Assembly: GCA_037721775.1 (NCBI GenBank) | Contig: JBBJOG010000012.1 | Coordinates: 1,635-65,634, forward strand | Reading direction: 5' to 3' | Length of the DNA stretch: 64,000 nucleotides | Origin: Sphingomicrobium sp. | GTDB taxonomy: Bacteria; Pseudomonadota; Alphaproteobacteria; Sphingomonadales; Sphingomonadaceae | Shown here: positions 39,100 to 47,981 of the stretch, piece by piece | How positions within the stretch are numbered: position 1 is the first letter of the stretch | Layout of the letters: every line of letters begins with the position of its first letter | Position numbers and translations under genes: made by a program | The notes under the pieces: model-generated | What the model saw: the letters and a program-made list of their open reading frames with translations, nothing else | Databases searched by the model: none | What the model was told of the DNA's origin: nothing

Positions 39100-40125
39100 G
39101 TGCAACATAAGCACGCCCCGCGCCCGCTGCCCTTGTTCCTGCAGCTGGTGCGGATCGCGTCGGAAAGCGACCCCGGGCTTGGCGCGGCGGCGCTGCGCGG
39201 GCTGGCGCAATACGAGAAGGCGCGGCGGCCCAAGGTGCGCCCCGAACGGCCGGTGGTCGCCCAGGCAGGCGCTGCCAGCCTGCGCGATTGCGGCGGCAGC
39301 GGCGCGGCCGTCGTGCTGGTGCCGTCGCTGATCAACCCGCCCGACATCCTCGACCTCGACCAAAACGTATCGCTTGCCGCCGCGGTGGCGAAGACGGGGC
39401 GGCGGGCGCTGCTACTCGACTGGGGCGAGGCTGGCTGGCGCTCGTCGCTCGACCTGGGCGGGCACATCGAGCAATTGCTGGTGCCGCTGCTTGCGCAACT
39501 GGACGAGCCGCCGGCGCTGGTCGGCTATTGCCTGGGCGGGACGATGGCGCTGGCTGCCGCCAACCTCGTCCCCGTCGAGCGGGTGGCGACGATCGCCGCG
39601 CCGTGGCGCTTCGCCGGTTATCCCGATGACGCGAGGGCGGCGCTGGCGCGGCTGTGGACCGCCGCGCGCCCTGCAGCCGAGCGCATCGGCGCATTGCCGA
39701 TGGAAGTGCTGCAGGGCGCCTTCTGGTCGCTCGACCCGCAGCGCACGGTGGCCAAGTTCGCCCGTTTCGCGGAAGCTCCGCCTGACAGCGCGCGCGCCCG
39801 CCGCTTCGTAACGCTCGAGGATTGGGCGAACGAGGGCGAACCGCTCCCCTTCCCCACCGCGCGCGAGCTGATCGAGGATCTGTTCGGGCGCGACCTGCCC
39901 GGCTGCGGCGAGTGGCGGGTTGCCGGGCGCGACATAGCCGACAGGCCCGATTGCCCATTGCTCCACGTCACCGCGGCGAACGACCGAATCACGCCGGCCG
40001 CAAGCAGCCCGGCCGGCAAATCTGTGCAAATCGAGGCCGGCCATGTCGGCATGGTGGTCGGATCCGCGCGAACGAGGCTCCACCGAGTGTTGGCAGAGTT
40101 TCTACGCACGAAGCGCTCGTCCTGA
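39100..40125 (+). CDS. Alpha/beta hydrolase, PhaC-like (class III/IV size)
   Basis: VPSLIN, LDWG, GYCLGG Cys lipase box, D (NDRITP), GHVGM; GTG 39100. Confidence 0.8.
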   Translation: MQHKHAPRPLPLFLQLVRIASESDPGLGAAALRGLAQYEKARRPKVRPERPVVAQAGAASLRDCGGSGAAVVLVPSLINPPDILDLDQNVSLAAAVAKTGRRALLLDWGEAGWRSSLDLGGHIEQLLVPLLAQLDEPPALVGYCLGGTMALAAANLVPVERVATIAAPWRFAGYPDDARAALARLWTAARPAAERIGALPMEVLQGAFWSLDPQRTVAKFARFAEAPPDSARARRFVTLEDWANEGEPLPFPTARELIEDLFGRDLPGCGEWRVAGRDIADRPDCPLLHVTAANDRITPAASSPAGKSVQIEAGHVGMVVGSARTRLHRVLAEFLRTKRSS

Positions 40126-40157
40126 GCGCAGACGCGCAGCGCCGAAGTCGAAGGGCG
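40114..40157. repeat. Degenerate REP-like copy
   Basis: CGCTCGTCCTGAGCG...AAGTCGAAGGGCG, same family as 60938-61014. Confidence 0.55.
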
Positions 40158-40220
40158 CAGAACGAACGGGTGCCTTGCCTCCTTGCCGCTGACGGCGCCC
40201 ATCGCTAAGTGCGCCCGCAC

Positions 40221-40297
40221 GCACCCATAGCTCAGCTGGATAGAGCGCTGCCCTCCGAAGGCAGAGGTCAGAGGTTCGAATCCTCTTGGGTGCGCCA
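40221..40297 (+). tRNA. tRNA-Arg(CCG)
   Basis: GCACCCA/TGGGTGC-GCCA; anticodon arm CTGCC-CTCCGAA-GGCAG; GGTTCGAATCC. Confidence 0.98.
40282..40297 (+). repeat. attL core (16 bp)
   Basis: CCTCTTGGGTGCGCCA, identical to 50670-50685. Confidence 0.92.
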
Positions 40298-40307
40298 CCT
40301 TCCGCAT

Positions 40308-41387
40308 TTATCCCTCCTCTTTCAGTGGTTTACGCGCGCCGATGGCTAACCGTTCGCGCAGGTTAGCCATTAGTTTCTCGCCAGCGGCGTCCGAAAGCAG
40401 CTCTTGATCGGCCGCTGCCGTGTATCGGGAAACCTCGGAATCCGTGGCGTGTCCCGTCCAGGCTTTGATGAATTGGTTGCTACAGCCTGCCTCAGCTAAT
40501 CTGCGTGCAGCAGCCTTCCTCAACCCGTGCGCCGAGCATTGGGGAAGCCCTGCTTCGTCGCACCATTGGCGCACCTTGTTGCCGAAGCCCTTGCGGCTGA
40601 ATGGCTTGCCGTGATCGCTCAACAGGAAAACCAATCCACCGGACGGTGCAGCCATGATCGACTCGGCAAGCGCCGGAAGGATTGGAAGCGATACGCTCGT
40701 GCCCGTCTTTTCCTGGGTGACGTGTAGCCGCTTGTTCCGAACATTCGGCGGTCCCATCAGCCTTGCATCGCCGCCCCGCTGCCCCGTCCACAGCATCAGG
40801 TCGAGCGCCAGCCGCGCCTTCGTTCCGACCGGGTGCCGCGCTTCATACCGGGCGATTTCTTCCTCGCTCCAGGTGTGGAAGCCGGTGCCCGCCACCTTGT
40901 AAGGCTTGGTCGCGATGACCGGGTTGCCGGTCGCCATCCCTTGCCGGATCGCAAACTGCATTAGCGCCCGCAGACGCTTGCGGAGCATATTCGCCGCCGT
41001 CCGGTGCGGGAGCATTTCGGACATCATATCCTCGACGTGGCGCGGCTCTAGATCGCGGATTAGTGCGTCTCCATATTTGACCCGCCACCGTTCAATGACG
41101 CCTCGATAAACGACTCGCGTGCGATCGCTAGGATCGAGGAAGTCGGGAGACCGATAGTAGCGCGTTATCAGGTCATGGAAGGTGCCAGGCCGGACGCGCT
41201 CGGCACCGGCCATGATCGGCTCCGCCGCAATGCCTTCGATGCACGCCCGATATTCGGCGCGGAAACCCTCGGTTCCGGGCGCGTGCTTGAATAGATATTG
41301 CGCGAAGCCCTTGCGACGGAAGCGATAGCGCGGCTTGCCGTGGCGGTCGCGGAACTCACTAACCCATCTCGGCAACCAGCGATTCAT
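40308..41387 (-). CDS. int: Tyrosine recombinase / phage integrase
   Basis: WTGQRGGD (Arg), AHGLRK (HxxR), GH...RY (Tyr); adjacent to attL. Confidence 0.96.
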   Translation of the reverse strand: MNRWLPRWVSEFRDRHGKPRYRFRRKGFAQYLFKHAPGTEGFRAEYRACIEGIAAEPIMAGAERVRPGTFHDLITRYYRSPDFLDPSDRTRVVYRGVIERWRVKYGDALIRDLEPRHVEDMMSEMLPHRTAANMLRKRLRALMQFAIRQGMATGNPVIATKPYKVAGTGFHTWSEEEIARYEARHPVGTKARLALDLMLWTGQRGGDARLMGPPNVRNKRLHVTQEKTGTSVSLPILPALAESIMAAPSGGLVFLLSDHGKPFSRKGFGNKVRQWCDEAGLPQCSAHGLRKAAARRLAEAGCSNQFIKAWTGHATDSEVSRYTAAADQELLSDAAGEKLMANLRERLAIGARKPLKEEG

Positions 41388-41569
41388 TGCACCGCCCTCA
41401 GCCGGTCGAAGCTATTGCTCGCAACAGCGGGACCGTCTCCGAACTGCATCTCTATGTCACCAGTCGCCGGATTGACCCGACAGCCGCGCGGCTCAAGCCC
41501 AGCCTTCCGCGCACCGCGAAGGGCACGGGTCAAGTCAGCTTGCTTAAAAGTGGCGCGGCGTGCGACCAT
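41384..41569 (-). CDS. Putative excisionase-like small protein
   Basis: 61 aa, ATFKQADLTRALRGARKAG, stop overlaps integrase start. Confidence 0.7.
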   Translation of the reverse strand: MVARRATFKQADLTRALRGARKAGLEPRGCRVNPATGDIEMQFGDGPAVASNSFDRLRAVQ

Positions 41570-42828
41570 TATGCCGCCGCCCTCCCAAGGAAGCGATAGA
41601 CCGCCTCAATGCGACCGTCTTTGTTGTGGACAGGGACGGTAAGCTCATGCGGAGGCAGCGAGGCGCGCTCCTCGCTTGGGGTGCCTCGCGGGTTCCAGCC
41701 TTCCACCTGCCGGATTTCGTCGGGATCGAGCACGCCGGTTTCGACCGCAATCTTGTGCGACTGCCAGCGGGTTTCCGGATCGGAGCGCAGCAGGCTCGAC
41801 ATGTCGAACTCAAGCTCGAAACGAGAGTCGGGGCCAAGCAATGCGCGGCTCAGCTCAGCCTCAAGCCGACGAACGCGCGGAGTGAGCGTGAATTGGCCAA
41901 ACCAGCGCGCTGCTTCCCGGCTGTTCGTGAAAGTGCCGTGCGACAGGTCGCCGACCAAGGGCGGGGGCACGCCATAAATGCGGGCGATTTCCTCCACAGC
42001 GAAGCGACGGCTCGCCAGCAATTCAGCGTCCTCTGGGCTTATTTGACTGGCCTGCCATTCAAGCCCGCCGTCTAAAATAAGGGTGCTGCCCGCCTTCGCG
42101 GCGCCCTGGTGGCGCTCAGCGAATGTCTCACGGAGAGTATGCCGCTGTTCCGCTGTCATTGCGCCAGGGTGTTTGATGATGCCGCTTGGCTGCGCACCCC
42201 GGTCGAGGAACGTGCGGGCAAATGTCTGTTGCGAGGTCGCGGTGCGGAGAACGTCGCGGGCGCGGCTGAGCCTGGAGCGCCCGATAAAGCCGTCGTCGCT
42301 GCGGTCTTTCAAGTGAACAGCGTCGTCAGCTAGCAGTCGCCGTTTTACCGTAGACGTTCCCGGTTGAGTCGGCTCGTAAACGTCGAAGGCCACGCGCCCG
42401 CTGGGCAGGAGCTGCATCTGGACCCATGCCCAGGGCAGGAAACGAAGCTCGGCAACGCTGCCGTCGCCGTTGCGGATAATCTCGATCAGCGCATTGCCCG
42501 CCAGCTCGACGCTGGCGATGGCCGATTCCAGCAGCGCACCCCAAACCTGATTAGGGTTAGGACCGTAGCGCACTAGGTCGAGCAGCCAATGCCCGCCAGC
42601 CTCGCGGCGGGTGAGGCCGTCCCGCTCATATACCAGCAGCGGGAAGCTCGCCATGTTGCTTGAGATGACGTTGATGCACGCCAGTGCGACCGCGAGGTTT
42701 TCCGCTTGCGCCGCGCTGAACTCGCACTCCCGCTCCATATAGGCGACGGTGACGGGATGCGCGGTCGCTGCCCATGCGTCCCGCTGTTCGGGCGCGAAGT
42801 AGGACCGAACGGTCTGGAGAAAGTTCAT
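41569..42828 (-). CDS. HK97-family portal protein
   Basis: AVALACINVISSNMASFPL, SRRFAVEEIARIYGVPP, DEIRQVEG. Confidence 0.95.
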   Translation of the reverse strand: MNFLQTVRSYFAPEQRDAWAATAHPVTVAYMERECEFSAAQAENLAVALACINVISSNMASFPLLVYERDGLTRREAGGHWLLDLVRYGPNPNQVWGALLESAIASVELAGNALIEIIRNGDGSVAELRFLPWAWVQMQLLPSGRVAFDVYEPTQPGTSTVKRRLLADDAVHLKDRSDDGFIGRSRLSRARDVLRTATSQQTFARTFLDRGAQPSGIIKHPGAMTAEQRHTLRETFAERHQGAAKAGSTLILDGGLEWQASQISPEDAELLASRRFAVEEIARIYGVPPPLVGDLSHGTFTNSREAARWFGQFTLTPRVRRLEAELSRALLGPDSRFELEFDMSSLLRSDPETRWQSHKIAVETGVLDPDEIRQVEGWNPRGTPSEERASLPPHELTVPVHNKDGRIEAVYRFLGRAAA

Positions 42829-43340
42829 CGGTAAGCCTCCAGTCTGAGGCGCATGAGATCCAGCGCGAAAGCAGCGTTGCGCGCCTCCACGGTCGTCGCG
42901 GTATAAGCCGGGAAAGATTGAACGACGCTGATTTCATGCAAGTGGATATTGCGAAGCGTTCGTGTTGTGCCCCGCCATTCATCGCCGCCCTTGGGGGTCG
43001 AGAAGCCGAAGCTCATTCCGCCAGCATCGCCGCGCTCGACCAGTGCGAGCACATCGCGGGCCGCGCTTGTCTCGGGCAGGTCGATTTCAAAGGCGAGGCC
43101 CCGGCTATCCTCGGACAGTCGAAGCGAGCCGCTTTTCGTTCGGCCCAGCAGCTTTCCTGCATCGTGATCGACAAGAGCGAGGATATCGCGCCCACCGCCA
43201 AGCGAAGCCGTGACGGCTCCAGGAGCAATGATTTCCCGGTGCCCATTGATACGCGCCTCGCTGCCATAAACGAGGGCATATCCGGAGAGGGTGCGGCCTT
43301 CCGACCGCACCTCCCCCTGGATGGATGCCCGCCGCTCCAT
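42825..43340 (-). CDS. HK97-family prohead protease
   Basis: LSGYALVY, HDAGKLLGRT, GMSFGF, LHEISVVQSFPAY. Confidence 0.95.
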   Translation of the reverse strand: MERRASIQGEVRSEGRTLSGYALVYGSEARINGHREIIAPGAVTASLGGGRDILALVDHDAGKLLGRTKSGSLRLSEDSRGLAFEIDLPETSAARDVLALVERGDAGGMSFGFSTPKGGDEWRGTTRTLRNIHLHEISVVQSFPAYTATTVEARNAAFALDLMRLRLEAYR

Positions 43341-43341
43341 C

Positions 43342-44655
43342 TTATGCCGCCCTCAAGCCAGTGATGCGGGCGATCGCCGCAGGCCGTGCAATGGCAACAT
43401 CGGCGCGAAGCCATCCGACGAAGCCGACCTGCCCAACCTCCGCGAAACGCTCCTGGAGCACCGTAATCTGGAGCTGAGTGCGAATGCCGACCAGAACCTG
43501 CGAAAAGTCGCCAATGAAAGCGGAACTGGCGTTCGTGCTCGTTCCTTGGGTTTCAGCGATCGGCAGCCCCGTCGTCGTCAACACCTTTAATTTCCGAAAG
43601 AGGGGCGGAGGCTCGATCGGCTGGCCGGTCGTATCGACTAGGCCCGCCAGCGTGCGTGCTGTCCGGGGCGCATAAACAAGCGCGGTGATGTCGCTTTCGT
43701 TCACGTTTTCGAGTGCCAAGATAGCATCGAGGAACGGCCCGTAATTGGCCAGCACCGCACCGTTACCGCCCGTGCTAATCGTCTGGATGCCGGGAGTGTT
43801 GGCAATGCCCAAGGGAGTGTTGGACGTTCCGGTGCCGTAAAAAATTGCGGTGTCGAGGCCACGAGCAAAGGCTTGCCCCATCACGGCGCGGAGCTGGCCA
43901 TCCAGATTAGGCGCGTCTTCCAGCAATTCGCGGGAAACGTTGAAGCGAACCGCAAGCGTCTTTGCATCCAGCGACAAGTCGCCGAAGACAGGCTCGCTCT
44001 CGGCGATATTCGCGTTTTCCGCTCTCCACTGCGGCACGGGATCAGAGATGACTTTCGCCATCCGCAGAGTCTTTGCCGTCATCGGAATCGTTCGAGCACC
44101 GGCCTGAAAAGCAACATTGCGCGTCCGGGCCGCGTCAATAACCTCGGTTGCGAGCGGCGTCGGAAGCAGCGCCCCACCTGAAGCCACAGCCCCTTCAGAA
44201 AGAGCACGCTTTTCGGTGTCAGTGCGGGGGCCGTTTACAAGCGCCCGCAACACGCCCTGCAAGCCGATTTCAGACGCCGCAGATTCCTCTGCCGGAAGAT
44301 ATTCCGAAATCCTTTGCTCAATGCCTAGGACCGGCACGCGATCGCCTTCAGGGGTGCGCCATGCTTCCGGGTCGGTTGCGGAAGTCGATTTTACATTGGC
44401 AAAAACGCGATATTCGACGCCGTTGCTGCCGGGGTTGCCATTCAAGGGCTTGCCCTTGGCGTCCGCATCTTCGCGCGCGATGCGCTCCAGGCGGGTTTCG
44501 TCGCCCAGGATGCGGTCGAGCTCGACAATCTTGCCGTCATAGTCGGTGCGCTGTTCGTCGCTAAGCAGGCCATCGGTGCCAGCGGGTGCGTCAATGATCG
44601 CCTTGGTAGCGGAGCGAAGCTCTGCCTTCCGCTGGCGCAAGGTGTGCAGGTTCAT
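43342..44655 (-). CDS. HK97-fold major capsid protein with delta domain
   Basis: N-terminal coiled coil, GGALLPTPLATEVI, VSRELLEDA, YGTGTSNTPLGI, FIGDFS. Confidence 0.95.
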   Translation of the reverse strand: MNLHTLRQRKAELRSATKAIIDAPAGTDGLLSDEQRTDYDGKIVELDRILGDETRLERIAREDADAKGKPLNGNPGSNGVEYRVFANVKSTSATDPEAWRTPEGDRVPVLGIEQRISEYLPAEESAASEIGLQGVLRALVNGPRTDTEKRALSEGAVASGGALLPTPLATEVIDAARTRNVAFQAGARTIPMTAKTLRMAKVISDPVPQWRAENANIAESEPVFGDLSLDAKTLAVRFNVSRELLEDAPNLDGQLRAVMGQAFARGLDTAIFYGTGTSNTPLGIANTPGIQTISTGGNGAVLANYGPFLDAILALENVNESDITALVYAPRTARTLAGLVDTTGQPIEPPPLFRKLKVLTTTGLPIAETQGTSTNASSAFIGDFSQVLVGIRTQLQITVLQERFAEVGQVGFVGWLRADVAIARPAAIARITGLRAA

Positions 44656-44867
44656 TTTACAAGTCCTTCAATCTGGCCGGGCAAATTCCGGAATTCGCGG
44701 AATTTGGACCCGGCACGGTGAAAGCCGACAGTCTCTCGACGTTGGCATGGTGAGCGGGTGAGGCCCGCAAGCTCGAATAGCTCGACCTGGTGCAAAGCGT
44801 CCCCTGCACCTTTCGGCAACGGCAGACGCGCCAGCCGACCCCTGGTCGAAGGGAGATTTTTGTTCAT
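44652..44867 (-). CDS. Hypothetical protein (71 aa)
   Basis: Start and stop both overlap neighbouring genes (coupling); no known motif. Confidence 0.45.
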   Translation of the reverse strand: MNKNLPSTRGRLARLPLPKGAGDALHQVELFELAGLTRSPCQRRETVGFHRAGSKFREFRNLPGQIEGLVK

Positions 44868-45337
44868 CAGTCGTCGGTTTCCGGGTCGCCAATTATCGAT
44901 CGCTCTTCCTCGGTGTAGTGCGCGACCAAATCGCGTTCCTTGCCGATGCGGAAGGTCGTGACGGCGCGAATGTCGGTGCCGCTAAAAAGCACGTCGTCCC
45001 AAGTCTCAGGTGCTGGAACGTCAGACGCGAGATGGGCGTGACCGCCCCGGAAATAGCTCTCGACATAGCTAACGGCGCGCGCCTCAGGGTGGAGTTTGGC
45101 AACCTCCCCGATCGCACAGGCGATCGTGCCCGCGCGCTCAACGGTGTAACCGTCGTCGAGCAAGCGTTTGAAGAGGAATAGCGTCAGCATGTCGTCCGGG
45201 TCGAAAAGGCGAGCGCGGCCGGGAACTGTCCTCGGTGCACAGCCATAATGGCCAGCGGCAACATACTCGTTGAAGCGATCCCGGTTGAGGCCCGCTATTC
45301 GGCAGGCGACGGGGGTGGTAACTTTCGGGACGGCCAC
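44867..45337 (-). CDS. Putative HTH (MerR/AlpA-like) DNA-binding protein
   Basis: ACRIAGLNRDRFNEYV...GRARLFDPDDM resembles winged HTH; SD GAGGAG before GTG. Confidence 0.65.
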   Translation of the reverse strand: MAVPKVTTPVACRIAGLNRDRFNEYVAAGHYGCAPRTVPGRARLFDPDDMLTLFLFKRLLDDGYTVERAGTIACAIGEVAKLHPEARAVSYVESYFRGGHAHLASDVPAPETWDDVLFSGTDIRAVTTFRIGKERDLVAHYTEEERSIIGDPETDD

Positions 45338-45417
45338 AGCTTAATCTCCTCTTGGGTCGATCCGATAGGTAGACTAGCTCTCGGCTCAAAGCAAGAGGTG
45401 TCCAACTCGGTTCGTCG

Positions 45418-45453
45418 CAAAAAGCTGCCCCCGGCCCGCTAATGCCGGGGCAG
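45418..45453 (-). terminator. Intrinsic terminator inside satellite
   Basis: Minus strand CTGCCCCGGC...GCCGGGGGCAG-CTTTTT. Confidence 0.7.
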
Positions 45454-45461
45454 TCACTGAG

Positions 45462-45749
45462 TTAGACGCCGTCGTCGTATCCTTCCGGGTCGTCGTCCAC
45501 GCCCCGGTCAGGGTCAGCAATCGGGCACCCAGGCCCCTCGCCGCCGTGCTGCATAAAGTCGTCCTCCGAAGCGTTTCCGTCCGCTTCGTCGCCGTTCAGC
45601 TCAACGTCGGTGTCGCCGTCCATTGCGTCGGCAAGGTCGATCGCAACGGCGATGAAGCCGCTAAGTTGTTTCCGGTCGAAGCGCGACAGGATCGCCATGA
45701 CGGCTGGCGCTGGCGGATATGCTGAGGGGAACTGTGCGACGTTACCCAT
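45462..45749 (-). CDS. Highly acidic small phage-type protein
   Basis: 21 D/E in last 58 residues. Confidence 0.7.
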   Translation of the reverse strand: MGNVAQFPSAYPPAPAVMAILSRFDRKQLSGFIAVAIDLADAMDGDTDVELNGDEADGNASEDDFMQHGGEGPGCPIADPDRGVDDDPEGYDDGV

Positions 45750-45933
45750 GACGCGCCTCCCGCTCGTGACGGAGAGAAATGACGCCGAAGTCGAACATTG
45801 CTTCCCAGGCGCGCAAATGCGCCTGGTTGCGAGGATCGAACGCCGGAACGTCAGCTCGCAGCGGACGCGGGCGGGGTGTGAACTTAACGAGATTGTCGGG
45901 GGCGGATTCCGCCCTATGGGTATTTGTAGCCAT
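45742..45933 (-). CDS. Hypothetical protein (63 aa)
   Basis: SD AGGAG before ATG; overlaps next gene. Confidence 0.7.
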   Translation of the reverse strand: MATNTHRAESAPDNLVKFTPRPRPLRADVPAFDPRNQAHLRAWEAMFDFGVISLRHEREARHG

Positions 45934-46003
45934 TGGTCGCTCCTAAATAGCGGTTGGTGGTTAGGCTCGGGTCGGGCGTTTCAGCACCCGGCTCGGGCCG
46001 TCT

Positions 46004-46050
46004 CGTTACCTAACGGACTTGCGTTAGTGACGTCAAGCCGTTAATAACGG
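46004..46050. promoter_or_regulatory. Divergent promoter/operator region
   Basis: Three CGTTA-N1-2-T(A/G)ACG palindromes; TTGCGT-N17-TAATAA (+) and TTGACG (-). Confidence 0.65.
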
Positions 46051-46053
46051 CGG

Positions 46054-46371
46054 ATGGCTTTATCCAATTCCGAACGACAGGCTCGCTACCGCCAGCGGCT
46101 CAAAGATGCCGCTCAGGGCGTAACGCCGGAAATGGTCGTCGCGGCGGCCCGAATCATTTTCGAAGTGGCAGCAGAAGAAAATCCATCGATTGGCAACTGG
46201 CAGGATTTTCTGATTAAATCGCGACAGAAAAGATACCGCACCAATTGGGAAGAGATGGTGCCGGACGATCCTAGGCCAAACGCTTACTGGTTTCTTGAAG
46301 GCGACGATCGCAGGCTAGTCGAAAGTGTTGCAGCCGTTATTAACGCTGCCACGGTTCCGCCGGCTGGCTAA
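46054..46371 (+). CDS. Putative satellite regulator (only plus-strand gene of the element)
   Basis: Basic N-terminal helix LSNSERQARYRQRLK; probably leaderless. Confidence 0.75.
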   Translation: MALSNSERQARYRQRLKDAAQGVTPEMVVAAARIIFEVAAEENPSIGNWQDFLIKSRQKRYRTNWEEMVPDDPRPNAYWFLEGDDRRLVESVAAVINAATVPPAG

Positions 46372-47981
46372 ACCCACATCGGCCCGGTGCCCTTGTAAAC
46401 CTCGGGACCAGTGTCCTTCGCCGCCAATCCGCAGGCCATCACTAGAGCCTGTAAGCCGTCAATGCGATCAATGGAGCGCGCCTTCGACAGCTTCCTCGCT
46501 CCGGCTGCATCAGTGTCGAACACGGCATTGCCAGCGTTCCATCGCAGGACCGGGTGCATCCCATGCCGCAGCTCGCCAGCAAGAAGGGCGCGCTCGAAAG
46601 CATCGACCGCAGGCCCCATGCTAACATAGCCCTGGCCCCACTCGACTAGCGGGAGCTGGACGCCCTCCCCGTCCAGGATAACTTGCAGGTCTTTGAATCC
46701 CCATCGATCATAAGCGACTCCCCGCAGGTCGAAGTCGGCAATAATCTTGGCAATGCGCCGCGAGATAAAGCGTTTGTCGATTGCCGCTCCCGGCGTTGTT
46801 TCCAGGTGCCCTTGCTTCGCCCAAGTCCGGTAAGGAACGCGGTCGGTTTCCTCTTTGACCGCGAGGTTAGTCTTCGGCGTCCAGAAGTAGGGCAGGACCG
46901 CGCCGCCATCCTCGGGAAAGTAGAGCACTAGAGCCGCTAGATCGCGCACTGAGCCAAGGTCGAGTGCCCCGTAGCATGGCCGACCGCGAAGGGCTTTAGC
47001 GTCCACCGGGTCGCCGCACGCGGCCCACTCAGCCGGATTGATGGCCTTAGGTTCCGCGTCCACCCGCATATTGCAATGCAGGTTCAAAAACGCCGGTTCG
47101 AATGTCGGGAGCCGCTTCGCCCGGTCCGCTTCGTCGGCAATTTGCTCAGCGGAAACGAACGTGCCCAACGCCGGGTTGGCGAGCACCCAATTCGCCGGAT
47201 CGAACGGGTCTGCATCCTCGGGAACGGCATAAACAACGCCGTGGAAACTGGCGTCCTCGACCTCCCCGCTGTTCACTCGACCGGCATAATCGACCAGCTC
47301 GCTCATCAGGTTCTCGGGGTGCGGCGATTGCGTGCCGATAACCAGCATCAGCGGCTCTTTGCGCTTCCCCATCGAGGTCCGCAGCACGTCGAACAGCTCC
47401 CGCTTTTTCCACTGTGCCAATTCGTCGGCGCAGATGAAGCTCGACGCGGTTCCATGAACGCTCCCGCCGTCACTGGCGAGCGCCCGATAGGTCGAGCCGG
47501 TTTCCAGGTCCTCGATCCGTTTGTGGAAGCGTTGCACGTTGAGTCGCGCGGCGAGCCACGGCACCGCGAATATCACGGCTTCCATCTCGGCAAAGATCAG
47601 CGCGGCCTGTTCCTTGGTCGCGCCCGCCGAATAGCATTCGCCGCGCTGTTCAGCCTCAGGCCCCGCAAGGTGACAAATGCAAAGCAGCGCGGCGAGCACA
47701 GTTTTTCCCTGGCCTCTTGCAACTGACATGAGGCCGGTGCGGACCCGTCGCTGCCCATTCTCGCCCTCGGCATAGATCGCCTCGATCCACTCCCGCTGAA
47801 ACGGGAGGAGCTTCACGTTCTCGCCAGCGCCAAAGCCCTTGGTTATCGGCATGGATTCGATGAACAGGATAACCCGCTCGGCACGGGTGAGGTTTGCAGC
47901 TTCCCAAGCGTGCGGCCCGCAATGCTCGGCTTCCTCAGCCGCCTTCCGCATCCGGCTCGCGCCTGGTCCCCTAGCGCCCAT
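46368..47981 (-). CDS. terL: Terminase large subunit
   Basis: Walker A ARGQGKT, Walker B ICADEL, nuclease GALDLG and RIDG. Confidence 0.95.
   Translation of the reverse strand: MGARGPGASRMRKAAEEAEHCGPHAWEAANLTRAERVILFIESMPITKGFGAGENVKLLPFQREWIEAIYAEGENGQRRVRTGLMSVARGQGKTVLAALLCICHLAGPEAEQRGECYSAGATKEQAALIFAEMEAVIFAVPWLAARLNVQRFHKRIEDLETGSTYRALASDGGSVHGTASSFICADELAQWKKRELFDVLRTSMGKRKEPLMLVIGTQSPHPENLMSELVDYAGRVNSGEVEDASFHGVVYAVPEDADPFDPANWVLANPALGTFVSAEQIADEADRAKRLPTFEPAFLNLHCNMRVDAEPKAINPAEWAACGDPVDAKALRGRPCYGALDLGSVRDLAALVLYFPEDGGAVLPYFWTPKTNLAVKEETDRVPYRTWAKQGHLETTPGAAIDKRFISRRIAKIIADFDLRGVAYDRWGFKDLQVILDGEGVQLPLVEWGQGYVSMGPAVDAFERALLAGELRHGMHPVLRWNAGNAVFDTDAAGARKLSKARSIDRIDGLQALVMACGLAAKDTGPEVYKGTGPMWV

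Noticed and set aside
45347-45357. TCCTCTTGGGT, an 11-bp match to the att core inside the satellite
   Set aside because: It coincides with the SD (GAGGAG) of the 156-aa gene; too short and probably coincidental.
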